Positions 61,035-64,000 of a stretch of 64,000 nucleotides of DNA are shown here, piece after piece. Numbering within the stretch: the first letter of the stretch is position 1; every line of letters starts with the position of its first letter. A program made the position numbers and the translations under genes. Below the pieces are notes generated by a model. The model was not told the DNA's origin. It searched no databases and saw only the letters and a program-made list of their open reading frames with translations. The DNA is from Raja brachyura (Eukaryota): contig OY740790.1 in assembly GCA_963514005.1 (NCBI GenBank), positions 27,962,001 to 28,026,000 of the forward strand, given 5' to 3'.

Positions 61035-61580
61035 TCATAAGATCATAAGTCATAGGAGCAGAATCAGGCCATTTGGTCCATTGAGTCTACTTCGCCATCC
61101 AATAATGGCTGATCGATTTTTCCCTCTCAACCACATTGTCCTGTTTCTTCCCCGTAAGTTTTGATAGCTGTACAACAACCAATCAATCGCCGCTTTTGAG
61201 ATTTGTCCTCCACCGCCATCTGTGGCAAGGAATACCACAAATTCACCACTCTCTGGCTAAAGGAATTCCTCCTCACCTCCATTCTTAAGGTTTGCCCTTT
61301 TATTCTGAGGGTCTGCCCTCTGGTCCTAGATTCTCCCACCAATGGAACCATTCACTCCACATCCACTCTATCTAGGCTTTTCATTATTTGGAAGATCTCA
61401 ACGCGATATCCCCTCATCCTTGTAAACTCTAGCGAGTACAGGCCCAGAGCCATCAAATACAAAACATGTGTTAACCCAATCATCCCTGGGATCATTCTCG
61501 TAAAGCTCCTCTGGACCCTCTCCAATGCTAGCACATCATTCCTCAGACACTGGGCCTAAAATTGCTCACACTATTCAGAA
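61035..61580 (-). mobile_element. CR1 3' fragment
   Basis: LERVQRSFTRMIPG, LGLYSLE, ESRTRG and FSQRVVNLW, plus 3' UTR. Confidence 0.8.
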
Positions 61581-64000
61581 GATACAGAAATACATGTAGG
61601 CACAAAATAAATTTAGAAAGGGAAGAGTTAATGTTATCTGATCGTAGGGAAGGCCGGAGGTCTGTGCCTTGACGTGTTCTATTGATCATATTAATGTGAG
61701 GCTCGAGCCATCTGATTGAATCTGAGGAGATCTCTGGGACTGGCATCACACCCAATTCTACTGCTTAGTGACGCTTCAGTGTGGGGAAGTCCGGCAAAAG
61801 CAGTGCTTCTATTTTCATAGAAGAATGGCCTGCAGAAATTATTGGAGTGTGTTTCTGGAGAATGGACTGAATTTATAGTGGCATTAAGTGGGATTTACAA
61901 ATTCAGAACTCAGTTAGCCAGAGGTAGTCTGACATCTGTTACTGATTCCATTGGCATTAGAACAGTAAGGGCTATGTGATTCTTAGCAGATTGTATGAAG
62001 ACAATATGCTGTATTCCAAATTATTTGGGATGGAATTTGTTTGGAAACAGAACTTATATAAGTGTTGGGATATGCTTCAGCTGTGTAGTTTCCCTCCGTG
62101 ACTCCCTCTGAGAAGTCTATTGGGGTCTCAATACCATCTCATTCTTGCACCAACCCTAATGCCCCATTCTAATCTTTCATTATCTTTCTACCTAGAGTGT
62201 CTTCTCGATGTCAAAAGTTTCATCAATCAGCTTTTCCTGTGCGTGATTTACCATTGTTCCCCTTTGTATCCCCTTCCTAAATGTCCATTGGCTAATGAAC
62301 GTGTATTTGCCATCCATAAGCCAATTGTGGATACATGCGTTTAACTCTGGATACAGAGCTTCGATGGAACCCCAAAAATGAAGCTTTCCCTTCTGGATGT
62401 CGACCTGCAGTGCTGTGAAATGGCTGTCCTGATCATAGAATCATACCCTGATCTGTTTGCCCACCCCTTTGGTACTTTCTACTCCTTTGGACACCTAACT
62501 TGTCAGATTGTTCCACAGATCCCAGCTCTGAATTAAATCTTTGCTCTCTACTGCTCAGCCACCTGTCTGCTGTAATTATGTTTCACTGCTTCATCCAGTC
62601 GCCTCTGATCTGAGCAATCACCATCTTTGTGTTTCATTTCCATCTTGGTTCACTCTCCCATCGTCTACCCTCCTGCCACATCTATTCAGTCTCTGGCGCT
62701 GTAAGGCAGCAACTCTACCGCTGCACCACTGTGATGCTCCATCTGCTTAATTAGTCATCTCCTTCTTGATGACCTAGTCTTGCAAAAACCTCCATCCTTC
62801 CACATCCTGACTGCTCACCCTGTTATAGTCCCTATCTGTACTCCCTTAATGTGATACAGTTCCTATCTCTGCTCCCTCTGTACCTGGAATGAATAATCAC
62901 AATCAGATTCCATTCTTGTCTGTCAAAGCTACACATTGTTCATGGTTATCTTCAAATACAAAGAGAAACCTGGGATGTTCACTATAACAGAGAGCTATGT
63001 TAAGCCTCTGTCTAGTTAGTGTGAGAAACTTAAGGAATTTTTGGACACCTAATTAACATCTTTCAGTCACTAGTCTCTGTCCCATCCTGCTCTAAAATGT
63101 TGTTAGATGACAACCTTTTAGATTTAAAAGGCCTCACCGATGTCTTGTACAACTGTAACATGACCTCCCTACCTCTATACTCAGTACTCTGACTGATGAA
63201 GGTAAATGTGCCGAAAACTTTTATGAGCCCCATCTACCTGCGATTTAATAATGAATTAGATTTTAATTTTAGTCTTTTTTTGTGCGTGATGGAAATTCTT
63301 GCATCCCTATCTGAAGGCCTTGCCATTAAGGATCAGCCCAGTGGTTGACAATAAACTGATATTACTGAATCTATCTGTCTATGTTTGGACCTCCTCATAA
63401 GTCAGTGGCAAGAGTGGGTGACTTGATGATGGCAGGAAATTTGAGTCCATTGTTTGCCATTGACAGGAGTGGCAATAAGGTGAGAAGAAAAATTTAAGTT
63501 CACAGTCAAAAGAACCACATTTCACGTGAGGAGAAGGAATAGTTGCTAACGTCTAGAGTTTACAGCTTGGTAAATTGTGAAGATAAGTTGAATACCATAT
63601 GAAAAGGGAATCCCCTTCTGGAGCACTCTAGGTAAAGAACAGGTGGAATAAAACAAATTGTTTTTTGCAACGCCAGCAATAGCAGAAAATTTGACGAGCT
63701 TCCTCCTACACGGTACGTTTTCTGAATGCCTAGATCAGAGAATAGAGAGAGGGTAATGCCAGACACCATTGAGGTCCTTTCAAGTTGCATTTTATTTGGG
63801 GTGATTGTGCTTGGAAATTTGTCTCTGAACAATTAATTGAAATCCCAACACAACAGCTGATTATGCCATCACATCCCAACACACAATGATTAACCTGAAT
63901 TAAAACATGTTGGTCAAAATAACAGTGAAAATGTCAGATTGTGATTAAAAATGCCTCCTTAAAAATGGTTTAGTAACTGAGTCATGTTGTTATGGTTGGT

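Noticed and set aside
54157-64000. Next PAPPA2 exon
   Set aside because: No segment with suitable splice sites and pappalysin-like translation was found by eye; it probably lies beyond the window.

Overview
Eukaryotic (vertebrate) genomic DNA, most likely a cartilaginous fish such as a skate or ray (inferred from HE1/V-SINE, CR1 and Penelope repeat content). The window lies inside a large + strand pappalysin-2 (PAPPA2) gene. Three phase-compatible coding exons of the metalloprotease region are present (6480-6625, 29650-29943 with the [11 protein letters not shown] zinc motif, 53964-54156), separated by ~23-24 kb introns full of transposons. The introns hold a structurally complete DIRS1-type tyrosine-recombinase retrotransposon (gag, RT/RNase H/methyltransferase-like, YR, ICR, ATT junctions), a full-length but frameshifted L1 with target-site duplication (TSD), Rex1/Babar and CR1 LINEs, a Vingi fragment plus a 140-bp putative Vingi-type short element, a Tc1 relic and non-autonomous Helitrons (one tandem array). 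Many Penelope-derived pieces carry minimal hammerhead-ribozyme motifs, some as fold-backs. There are also two copies of an unclassified TIR DNA element with apparent 5-bp TSDs, one carrying a Tudor/Spindlin-like exon. Repeat boundaries were read by eye and are approximate unless a TSD is quoted.
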